64,000 nt of DNA from Candidatus Hydrogenedentota bacterium (GTDB taxonomy: Bacteria; Hydrogenedentota; Hydrogenedentia; Hydrogenedentales; SLHB01). Location of the stretch: contig CAXXTH010000010.1 in assembly GCA_963668025.2 (NCBI GenBank), positions 1,024,001-1,088,000 of the forward strand. The letters are read 5' to 3'. Shown here piece by piece: positions 28,372 to 36,073 of the stretch (its first letter is position 1; each line of letters starts with the position of its first letter). Under the pieces are notes generated by a model. It made no database searches, was not told the DNA's origin, and worked only from the letters and a program-made list of their open reading frames with translations. The translations under genes were made by a program, and so were the position numbers.

Positions 28372-28857
28372 TCCACCGGTGCGCTCAGTGTAACCGGCGC
28401 GGAGAACCTAAGAAAGCCTAGTATTCAAGAGGCGCTTAGGCAGTTAAACGCACCGGTAACAGACAAACTGAATACCAACAGAGCGGCACGCGTGAGGTAT
28501 TTGAGCGCTGTAATGCGCGGCGAAGTGGCCGAAGACGACGGCGCTATTCCCTCCGTTGCCGTCCGCGTGAGGGCTTGCGAAATTCTGGCCCGCATCGAGG
28601 GTGACATGGTCACTCGCATCGAGGCGACGGTCCAGCGTGCGCCCGATCCGCAGTTCGACCTATCGAAGCTCACACGCGATCAAGTGGTGCTTGTGGAGTG
28701 CCTGCAAACCCGGGCATTGGTGAATCCTGATGAGCATAGTCGCTATCAGATGACAATGCTACAGGAGGAATTCGACAGATGGCCGGATGAACGGAAGTTG
28801 GCCATTTTTGTGAAGAAACCCGAACCCGCCGAAACCGGCGAAACCCAAGGAGAATGA
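28372..28857 (+). pseudogene. terS: Phage terminase small subunit, N-terminal HTH lost
   Basis: 'GAENLRKPSIQEAL', 'YLSAVMRGE', 'RVRACEILAR', 'DLSKLT'. The 5' end is cut by IS insertions. Confidence 0.75.
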
Positions 28858-29396
28858 ATATGTCATATCTTGAAGATGGAAAACTTGCCGATCTGCCACC
28901 AATCACGATGCCACGTTTCGTGGATGATACCGCTTCACTGGTTGACGCAAAGGCCAAAGAAATGGGCGTGGCGCTTCACCCTATTCAAAAAATGCGCATC
29001 GTTGAAGATGTTCACGCCTATTGCCAGCAGAAAATCGATCATGGGCGCGCGCCTAGCCCGCAAGAATTCCACGACGCCATTCGTCGCGAAATTTGGCAAC
29101 TGACCCCGGTTGGCCGCAACGTGACGGAAGGCATAAAGCAGCGGCAAGCCGCCGCCGCCCAGGTCGCGGCCAAGCAAGCCGCCGATGCCGCCGCGAAGGC
29201 CGCAGCCCGGATTGAAAACGAAAAACAGGCGTTCCTTGCCAGCGCCCGCAAGGCATGGCCCGGCAATCATGCCGATTTTGACAAGCGGGCTGACGCGCTT
29301 TGGGCTGACGAATGCGAGCGCCGGACAATCGAGAAAGTGACCAATACGCAGGCCACCACGGCGCGCGTGGCGGGCGCTTATCGGGGGGCAATCTGA
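28854..29396 (+). CDS. Hypothetical helical protein
   Basis: AGGAG RBS, ATGA overlap with terS, Ala-rich coiled segment. Confidence 0.75.
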   Translation: MNMSYLEDGKLADLPPITMPRFVDDTASLVDAKAKEMGVALHPIQKMRIVEDVHAYCQQKIDHGRAPSPQEFHDAIRREIWQLTPVGRNVTEGIKQRQAAAAQVAAKQAADAAAKAAARIENEKQAFLASARKAWPGNHADFDKRADALWADECERRTIEKVTNTQATTARVAGAYRGAI

Positions 29397-29773
29397 TGAA
29401 ACCTCTCGATTTCGATGACAAAATGTGGCGCACTCTCGCCGATGGACGGGGTGCGTTACTGGACCAGGACATTGCCGCACTATATGGTGTTTCGGTTCGT
29501 GAAGTCCGCAAGGTTGTGGTGAGACATAAACACCTTTTGGGCGATGACGTGGTTGTCCTAGACGCCACGGAACGCCTCAAATTCGCCAAAGAAGCCGGAT
29601 GTAGGCCCGCAGATATCGAGATAGCGCTTGCGGGCCATTCAGCGCTGCTTCTTGCTCCGTACTTCGATTCAAAAAAAGCGCAGGCGATTCACAAAACGAT
29701 TGTAGATGCGTTTTTCGTGAAAAGCTTTGCCGAATTAACCGCCCGGTTAAGCGCCGCCAAGGAAGGGGTATAG
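29396..29773 (+). CDS. Divergent ORF6N-like protein
   Basis: 'LLDQDIAALYGVSVREVRKVVVRH', 'DSKKAQAIHKTIVDAF'. TGATG overlap with the upstream gene. Confidence 0.65.
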   Translation: MKPLDFDDKMWRTLADGRGALLDQDIAALYGVSVREVRKVVVRHKHLLGDDVVVLDATERLKFAKEAGCRPADIEIALAGHSALLLAPYFDSKKAQAIHKTIVDAFFVKSFAELTARLSAAKEGV

Positions 29774-29774
29774 C

Positions 29775-32579
29775 ATGGACCTTGGAACCTTAGCTATCCG
29801 TTTTCAGTCTGACGGCCTAATCCAGCTCAATAACGACATGTCGAATCTCCGCACGCAGGCAAACGCGAACTTCGGAGAGATCACCCGTACCGTGGGCGCA
29901 GGCATGACGACGGCGGGTGCGGCCATCACCGGCGCGCTCGGGCTGTCTGCGAAGGCCGCCAGCGACTTTGGTGCTGGCTTAGCGAATCTTGGTACGCTTG
30001 GAGTAACGAACCTGGATGAAATGGGTGAAGCCGTCCTGGATTACTCGGTCGCTATGGGCCAGGACGCATGCCAAGCAAACGAAAATCTATATCAACTCGT
30101 TTCGCGCGACGTTCCAAAAGACAATTTGACCGATGTTCTGACCGCATCCGCCAAAGGTGCGGCGGTAGGCGTAGGCACCGTGAACGACGCGCTTGTGCTA
30201 GGCACTTCAGTATTAAACAACTACTCCCGGGACATGGTAAAAGGCGCGGATTACACACAGAAATTCGAGCAAGTCATGGGTATAGCGGCGTCCGCGATCC
30301 AGGTGGGCGCTACCACGATGGGGGAATTGGGCACCACGATAGGCCGGGTGGCTCCCATTGCGTCTAAGGCGGGCATCTCCCTGGAAGACCTATTCGCGTC
30401 CGTTGCGACGATTACATCCACTGGCACGCAGACCAGCGAGGCGGTATCCGGGCTGAAAGCGGCGATCTCGAACATCATATCTCCGACAACCGAGGCGTCC
30501 AAGACCGCAGAGGCGCTCGGGCTTCAGTTTGACGCGGCGGCCATAAAGTCTAAGGGATGGTCCGGCTTCCTACAAGAGCTTCACACGAAGGTCAATGAGG
30601 GTGTGCCGAAACTCGGGCAATACAAAGCGCAATTGCAGCAGCAGGCCCAGCAGATGGGGCTTACTGCCGAAAAGACCAAGGAATTGCGCGATAAGTTCAA
30701 GTCGCTTGAAGGCGTGTCGGATGACTCAATCACGGTATATGCCCGGTTATTCGGCAGCGTAGAAGCATTAAATGCCGTCCTGGCGCTCACGTCCGAAAGC
30801 GGGGCCAAGAAGATGGTTGCCGCCCAGAAGGACATGGCGAACGGAATGGAATTACTAAACGACCGCTACGGTGAGTGGGCGAAGAATAATCCCGAGCTTG
30901 CGTTCAAGCAGTTGCAGGCGGCCACAAAGGCGCTGGCGATTTCCGTTGGGCAGCTATTACTCCCAGCGCTCACGAAGATAGTGAATGTCGTTCGGCCAGT
31001 GGTGAATGCGTTCCGCGATATCGTGTCCGCGTCCGGGTGGGTAGGCACGGCGTTTGTGTCTATTATTGGCGGCGCCGGATTGGTAGGCTTGGCCCTTGGC
31101 CCAGTAATCTATTCAGCCACGAATCTCGTTGGCGCTTTCAAGCTCTTAACGGGCGGGCAAATACTCACGTCACTGACGAGCATGGCCACCGGCGTGAAAT
31201 CCATCGGCGTAGCAGCCACGGCGGCGCGTATTCCGATGCTCGCAATGGGCGGCAGCTTGACTGCAACAGCGGCGACCGCAGGCGCGCTTGCAATCGCCAT
31301 AGGGGCGGCTGGAACATTTATCGCTGCCGATATCGTGATGTTCAAGAAGTGGCGCGATGCAGTTGAGCAGCGCAAAGAATCAGAGCAAAAACTTCAGGAC
31401 AAGATCATTGAGCGCGCCAAGCAGCTCGAGGCCCAGGGCGTGTATATCGATTGGGCAGCCATGAAGGAAATGACCGCCGATCAGCAAGTCATGTATATGA
31501 ACGACCAGAAGGCAGCACAAGAAAAGCAACAATTCCAAGACTGGATGACACGCACTAACCAGAAAGCACTCACCGAAGAACAAGACGCCCAGCGCCACAA
31601 CATCCAGCTAAACTGGAACCTAACCAGCGAAGAGGCCTACAACGCCTCACTGTCTGACGCTGACGCCGCCACGAAACTGAAGCTAGTCCAGGCCGATGAA
31701 ACGCACACGCAGCTTATCCTTGAACAACTCGGTATCCGCACAGCCGAAAGCCGCACACAGTTAAGCGAGCAAGCGCAGGCCGCCATTGCGGCTGCCGAAC
31801 AGCAGAAGGCGGCAACTGAGACGGTGCTACAGTCACTTGACAAAAACATAGGCGCGATTACCGAACTCGGAACCGTTGCGAAGTCCACCGGAGACGCCAC
31901 GAAGACCGCCACGGACACCATGAAGGACGGCTTCCAGGAAGCATCCAAAGATGTTCCGAAATACTGCAAGATCATCACGAGCGACAAAGACGGCATCGTG
32001 ATTATCAAGAAGTCATCCGCAGACCTGCGAGAAGAGATCGGCAACGTGCCCGGCGCTATGCGCAACGGCATGAGTGAGGCGGCGAAATACGTAAGCCAGT
32101 ATTGCGCAGATATGAACGCCAGTATCCAAGAGGTGATCGACAAACTCAACTCCATAGACCCGTCCGTGCGGCATTCGCCCTCCATAAACGACCGTATCGA
32201 GGTGGGCTTATCCCAGATGGGCGGCCTATTCAATTCCGCCTTGGACGGGATCACCTCGAAGTTCGCGAGTTCACGGAACACCATGGCCAGCCTGGCGGCG
32301 TCACTATCCGCCATGATGGGCAGCATAGGCTCTACGGGCTACACGGTGCGCAACGGCGACGTGGTGAAATCATCCAGCGCTACAGGCACAACGACCGCCC
32401 CGGGTGCCGAAGCCCCGATATCGCCCGTTGGCAACACAAACCCTATCGGCATATACCCACCACAGGTGACCGTGAACATCAATCACCCGGTGCTGCATAA
32501 GGACGCGGATATCAACGTGTTGTTATCGAAGATGGGGCAGATGCTCCGCGCGCAGAAACTCGCTAAAGGGGTGGGGTGA
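29775..32579 (+). CDS. Phage tail tape measure protein (TP901/PhageMin_Tail type)
   Basis: N-terminal 'MDLGTLAIRF', Ala/Gly/Thr-rich core ('GISLEDLFASVATIT..G..TSEA..GLK', 'LFGSVEAL'), central hydrophobic helices, 'HSPS', C-terminal 'VTVNINHP'. Confidence 0.9.
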   Translation: MDLGTLAIRFQSDGLIQLNNDMSNLRTQANANFGEITRTVGAGMTTAGAAITGALGLSAKAASDFGAGLANLGTLGVTNLDEMGEAVLDYSVAMGQDACQANENLYQLVSRDVPKDNLTDVLTASAKGAAVGVGTVNDALVLGTSVLNNYSRDMVKGADYTQKFEQVMGIAASAIQVGATTMGELGTTIGRVAPIASKAGISLEDLFASVATITSTGTQTSEAVSGLKAAISNIISPTTEASKTAEALGLQFDAAAIKSKGWSGFLQELHTKVNEGVPKLGQYKAQLQQQAQQMGLTAEKTKELRDKFKSLEGVSDDSITVYARLFGSVEALNAVLALTSESGAKKMVAAQKDMANGMELLNDRYGEWAKNNPELAFKQLQAATKALAISVGQLLLPALTKIVNVVRPVVNAFRDIVSASGWVGTAFVSIIGGAGLVGLALGPVIYSATNLVGAFKLLTGGQILTSLTSMATGVKSIGVAATAARIPMLAMGGSLTATAATAGALAIAIGAAGTFIAADIVMFKKWRDAVEQRKESEQKLQDKIIERAKQLEAQGVYIDWAAMKEMTADQQVMYMNDQKAAQEKQQFQDWMTRTNQKALTEEQDAQRHNIQLNWNLTSEEAYNASLSDADAATKLKLVQADETHTQLILEQLGIRTAESRTQLSEQAQAAIAAAEQQKAATETVLQSLDKNIGAITELGTVAKSTGDATKTATDTMKDGFQEASKDVPKYCKIITSDKDGIVIIKKSSADLREEIGNVPGAMRNGMSEAAKYVSQYCADMNASIQEVIDKLNSIDPSVRHSPSINDRIEVGLSQMGGLFNSALDGITSKFASSRNTMASLAASLSAMMGSIGSTGYTVRNGDVVKSSSATGTTTAPGAEAPISPVGNTNPIGIYPPQVTVNINHPVLHKDADINVLLSKMGQMLRAQKLAKGVG

Positions 32580-33022
32580 TGGCGGATACAAATGCGTGGC
32601 TTGAGTGGAATGGCGATGAAATCATGATACGCCTGCGGAATGCCACGAAGGACAGCATCAAGAAGATCGCGCTGGCCGTCGAAGCTCAGGCCAAGGTGAA
32701 TATTGAAAAACCATTCCTGCATAAGCAAGGCCGTAAACGCAAAGATAGCCGCGACTGGAAGGGCCGATTTCTCAAAAAAGGATCATCCGCAGATGAGCAA
32801 CTCATGCGAGGCCAGATCGACACAGGCGCGATGATCAACTCCACGCGCGCGGTGTTCAATGGTCTGCCAGTGGGTACTGAGGCCGCTGTTATTTCCCCCC
32901 AGGAATATGCGGAGTACCAAGAAGCTATCCGCCCGTTCCTTATGCCCGCCGTTGATGAGGTCGTTTCAGATAAAGCGGAAGGGATCATTAAGAACCAGTT
33001 TAAAGCGGACGGCATAGATTAG
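32579..33022 (+). CDS. HK97-gp10-like phage head-tail protein
   Basis: 'A..VEAQAK', 'IDTGAMINS', 'EYAEYQE..RPFLMPA'. Confidence 0.7.
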   Translation: MADTNAWLEWNGDEIMIRLRNATKDSIKKIALAVEAQAKVNIEKPFLHKQGRKRKDSRDWKGRFLKKGSSADEQLMRGQIDTGAMINSTRAVFNGLPVGTEAAVISPQEYAEYQEAIRPFLMPAVDEVVSDKAEGIIKNQFKADGID

Positions 33023-33061
33023 CCCGACACCCGGGCGGCCCGTGATGCTACCCGGTTTTAT

Positions 33062-33104
33062 GCCCCCAGCGGTTCGCTCCCAGTGGGCCGCTGGGGGCTT
33101 TGGT
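33062..33104 (+). terminator. Intrinsic terminator ending the terS-TMP-gp10 operon
   Basis: GCCCCCAGCGG...CCGCTGGGGGC followed by TTTGGTGTTT. Confidence 0.6.
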
Positions 33105-33127
33105 GTTTCTAGTTATGCTTAGCAATA

Positions 33128-34949
33128 GAGGCATTTGCGAAATAGCGTGGTTTGCGAACGCGCGGACGGTGCGGGCACACGCGGAGCGGTTTTCGCCTGT
33201 GGCAATGGGATTACGCCTCCGCTACGGGTGCAATAAATCATGCAGGAGGTTCGCGTGTAGGACCCTTGCGGCCCGAATGGGCATGGTTTGCCCTTGATTC
33301 GGGCCATCATTGCTTGTGCGGATTCGATGTGATCTATGCGGCGCGGGGCTGTCCGAGGAGCGAGCGCATGCGTTCTGCCTGGCCGGCTTCGAGCCATCCC
33401 AGGGCCATGCCGAGCATGACGAGGAGGGCTAATCCGGTGCGGGCGCGCATCTTTTTCATACCGCGGATGTAGTGGCGCTCGAATCCGTATGCGCCGTCGA
33501 GTCGGCTGTTGACTCGCTCGATGGCGGTGCGGTGTTTGTATTCGCGGCGCCAGGATTTGGCGCTGCGGGGCAGGGGGGTAAAGATGCGCCGGTCGATAGC
33601 GATGGGCACGCGGACAATCCGTCCGTGTTCGGGCTGGCATCCTTGGTTGCAGAGGTCTTGCTGGGTACAGGCGCTCCCGCGTGCCTTGGCTGGGCAACGG
33701 TATTTCAAGGTTCCCCGATCTTGCTCGAATCCTTGGTAGGCCATGGAATCATAGTTGTCGCGTTCGTTTGGGGCGCCGTTACGACACCGGCAGAGGACTT
33801 CACCTCGTTCGGTATGGAAGATCGTGTCTACCCGTTCGGGATATAAAGGGCGGGGCCGTTCCGGTTCTTCTTTCCAGGTCGCCCGGATGTCCACGATGGG
33901 CCGGATTTCATGTTCCTCGAAGAGGCCCTTGTTGTTGGCTTCGGAATCATAGCCCTTGTCGGCGCTGAGGTACTCGGCGCGTTGGACGAGTTCGGGGTGG
34001 CGCGCGTCGAGAGCCGCCACGAGGGGCAGCAGAAAGGGCGAGTCGTTGGCGCTGGCTTTCGTGACCGCGTAGCCCAGCGGCAATTCATATTTCGTGTCCA
34101 CGATGAGGTGCAGCTTGTAGCCGAACCACCGTTTGACCTTCTCCCAGGGCGTGCCGTCCTTGTGAACGCCCTTGTAGGTTTTCGTGCCCCAGTCTGCGTC
34201 GCGGTCGCGCCGCCCGTCCGGCTCTTCGTTTTCCAGGACCGCGTCTTTGCGCGGAGGCTTGGCGTGGGTTTGGATGGCTTTCGAGTCTACGGCCAGACGC
34301 ACCCCGAGATCCGGCAAGCGTTCCATCAGCCGGACGATGAGCGCGTCGAACATCCGGTCCACTTCTTTCCAGTGGCGCAGTAATCTGGCGAAGAACCGCG
34401 TGTACACCCATTCGGGCGGGACCGCCTTGGCGCCCCGCAACACGTCGAATCCGCACAACTGGCGCAATTGCCCGTTTCGGGCTAGTTCGCGGCGCAGGCT
34501 TTCGACGCCGTCGTGCTGGAAGACGATCCCCGCCAGTATGCTGTTCCACATCGCGCGGATAGGATAATCGTCGCGCCGCCCCTTGCGTTCGGCTTCCATC
34601 GCCCGCATCAAATCTTCATCCGGCAGCGCCGCCAGCAACAGGTTCAGCCGATCCAGATCCGACGCCGCGTCGACCTGGTTCCACGAGAACAACCCCATTT
34701 GGTGTATAATGGCCATCGCAAACGTCTCCTTGGTGTGTGCGTGGTTATGTGGTCAACTATACTACAATCACACACGGGAGACGTTACGCCTTTTCCCGCT
34801 CGCCGAGGGCATTTGGGGTGATTTTTCACAAAAAATCCTTATTCATGCCCCCGCCAAGCCCCTTTCCCCGCATTCTCCGGGGTAGGCGCCAATTCCGCCG
34901 CTTTGTAAACCCTTGTCAATACGGATTTTCTTTATTTCGCAAATGCCTC
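33128..34949 (-). mobile_element. IS (IS5/IS1182-like, DUF772 plus DDE)
   Basis: 17-bp perfect TIR GAGGCATTTGCGAAATA; 7-bp target duplication AGCAATA (33121-27 and 34950-56). Confidence 0.9.
33334..34716 (-). CDS. DDE transposase
   Basis: 'LAVDSK', 'FGYKLHLIVD', 'SADKGYD', 'YKHRTAIERVNSRL'. Confidence 0.92.
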   Translation of the reverse strand: MAIIHQMGLFSWNQVDAASDLDRLNLLLAALPDEDLMRAMEAERKGRRDDYPIRAMWNSILAGIVFQHDGVESLRRELARNGQLRQLCGFDVLRGAKAVPPEWVYTRFFARLLRHWKEVDRMFDALIVRLMERLPDLGVRLAVDSKAIQTHAKPPRKDAVLENEEPDGRRDRDADWGTKTYKGVHKDGTPWEKVKRWFGYKLHLIVDTKYELPLGYAVTKASANDSPFLLPLVAALDARHPELVQRAEYLSADKGYDSEANNKGLFEEHEIRPIVDIRATWKEEPERPRPLYPERVDTIFHTERGEVLCRCRNGAPNERDNYDSMAYQGFEQDRGTLKYRCPAKARGSACTQQDLCNQGCQPEHGRIVRVPIAIDRRIFTPLPRSAKSWRREYKHRTAIERVNSRLDGAYGFERHYIRGMKKMRARTGLALLVMLGMALGWLEAGQAERMRSLLGQPRAA

Positions 34950-34964
34950 AGCAATAAACAAACA

Positions 34965-34981
34965 GTTCCCTTTTTGGGAAC
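34965..34981. promoter_or_regulatory. Putative HigA operator, next to a TATACT -10 box
   Basis: GTTCCC-TTTTT-GGGAAC inverted repeat upstream of higB. Confidence 0.6.
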
Positions 34982-35016
34982 CATGTGGTATACTTTAGCA
35001 AAGGGATAGAATCTCA

Positions 35017-35328
35017 ATGCGAATAATCAAACGGAAAAGCTTGTTGGAGTTTTGGGCGAAACATCCAGATTCAGAACAGGCGTTAAAGGCTTGGTTTACT
35101 GAAGTTGAAAAAGCCACATGGAAAAACAGCGATGATGTCAAGAGAACATACAGATATGCGAGCATCATCAATTCAGATCGTGTGGTGTTCAATATCTGTG
35201 GCAACAAGTATCGCCTTATAGTGAGTATAAACTACCCAGTGGGTGTAGTCTACGTGAAGTTTGTCGGCACCCATAGCGAGTATGATCGTATTGACGCGGA
35301 GGCCGTGAAATGGAAGCAAAAGTCATAA
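35017..35328 (+). CDS. higB: HigB toxin (RelE-fold mRNase)
   Basis: 'MRII...L.EFW.KHPD....L.AW', 'RVVFNICGNKYRLIV', 'FVGTHSEYDRID'. Confidence 0.93.
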   Translation: MRIIKRKSLLEFWAKHPDSEQALKAWFTEVEKATWKNSDDVKRTYRYASIINSDRVVFNICGNKYRLIVSINYPVGVVYVKFVGTHSEYDRIDAEAVKWKQKS

Positions 35329-35696
35329 AAACAGAAGCGGATTACGAAGCCGCTCTTGAGATGGTAGAGCGCTATATGGATGCTCAAGAAGGAACACCTG
35401 AAGCTGAAGCGCTCGAATTGTGGTCGCTTCTCGTGGAAGAATACGAGAAACGAACCTATCCCATTGATATGCCCGATCCTATTGCGGCGATTCGTTTCCG
35501 TATGGAGCAAGAAGGGCTTGATGCGAGCGATATGCAAACCTACCTAGGCAGTAAAAGCAAGGTATCTGAGGTACTGAGTGGGAAGCGCTCCCTTAGTCTT
35601 CCCATGATACGAAAGCTGGAAAATGGACTAGGGATACCCGCAGAGGTACTCATACGTGAAAATCCATCGAAAAGGCAAAGCATGCCCGCTTGTTGA
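35310..35696 (+). CDS. higA: HigA antitoxin (HTH)
   Basis: 'IKTEADYEAAL', 'PDPIAAIRFRMEQ', 'VSEVLSGKRSLSL.MIRKL'. Confidence 0.93.
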   Translation: MEAKVIKTEADYEAALEMVERYMDAQEGTPEAEALELWSLLVEEYEKRTYPIDMPDPIAAIRFRMEQEGLDASDMQTYLGSKSKVSEVLSGKRSLSLPMIRKLENGLGIPAEVLIRENPSKRQSMPAC

Positions 35697-35832
35697 TATG
35701 ATTGCTTCTGATATTACTACGGAACCCGCAAATGAAGTATCTTGATCCACTATCAGGTTGAGCCATATCACCCAGAGGCTTCCAGTGTCCCTCACTGGCG
35801 AGTAGAATCCACACGCTAGGAATCCTTTCAGA

Positions 35833-35855
35833 ATGATCCATAACTGATCCATGGA
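35833..35855. repeat. Putative integrase arm-type repeats (right end)
   Basis: aTGATCCATaacTGATCCATgga. Confidence 0.7.
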
Positions 35856-35923
35856 AGGATTTTGACTAGAAAAGGCCTCAAGGACCATCTCTTGTAAGTC
35901 CTTGAGGCCTAGCGCTTTAAAGG

Positions 35924-36000
35924 TGGTGGGCGGTACTGGACTTGAACCAGTGACCTCTTGCATGTCAAGCAAGCACTCTAACCACCTGAGCTAACCGCCC
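35924..36000 (-). tRNA. tRNA-Val (GAC)
   Basis: 77-nt cloverleaf, anticodon arm CTTGC-TT-GAC-AT-GCAAG, encoded CCA; TTGACA/TATGAT promoter at 36014-36043. Confidence 0.97.
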
Positions 36001-36073
36001 TTTGATGGGCCGAATCATAACAAATTTTTTTTGGATCTGTCAATTTTTGGATCATCCAGGCCTACTTGTGAAT

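Larger units (their letters stand above)
21174..36000. mobile_element. Integrative element (phage-satellite-like) in tRNA-Val(GAC)
   Basis: Direct repeat of the tRNA 3' half at both ends; integrase, TerS, tape measure, ORF6N and TA genes inside. Confidence 0.9.

Noticed and set aside
24634-34716. All three transposases end in -AA (possible ClpXP degrons)
   Set aside because: This ending is common in transposases of GC-rich genomes and is not informative here.
21174-36000. Complete prophage or tailocin
   Set aside because: No large terminase, portal, capsid, tail tube, baseplate, fibre or lysis genes are recognisable.
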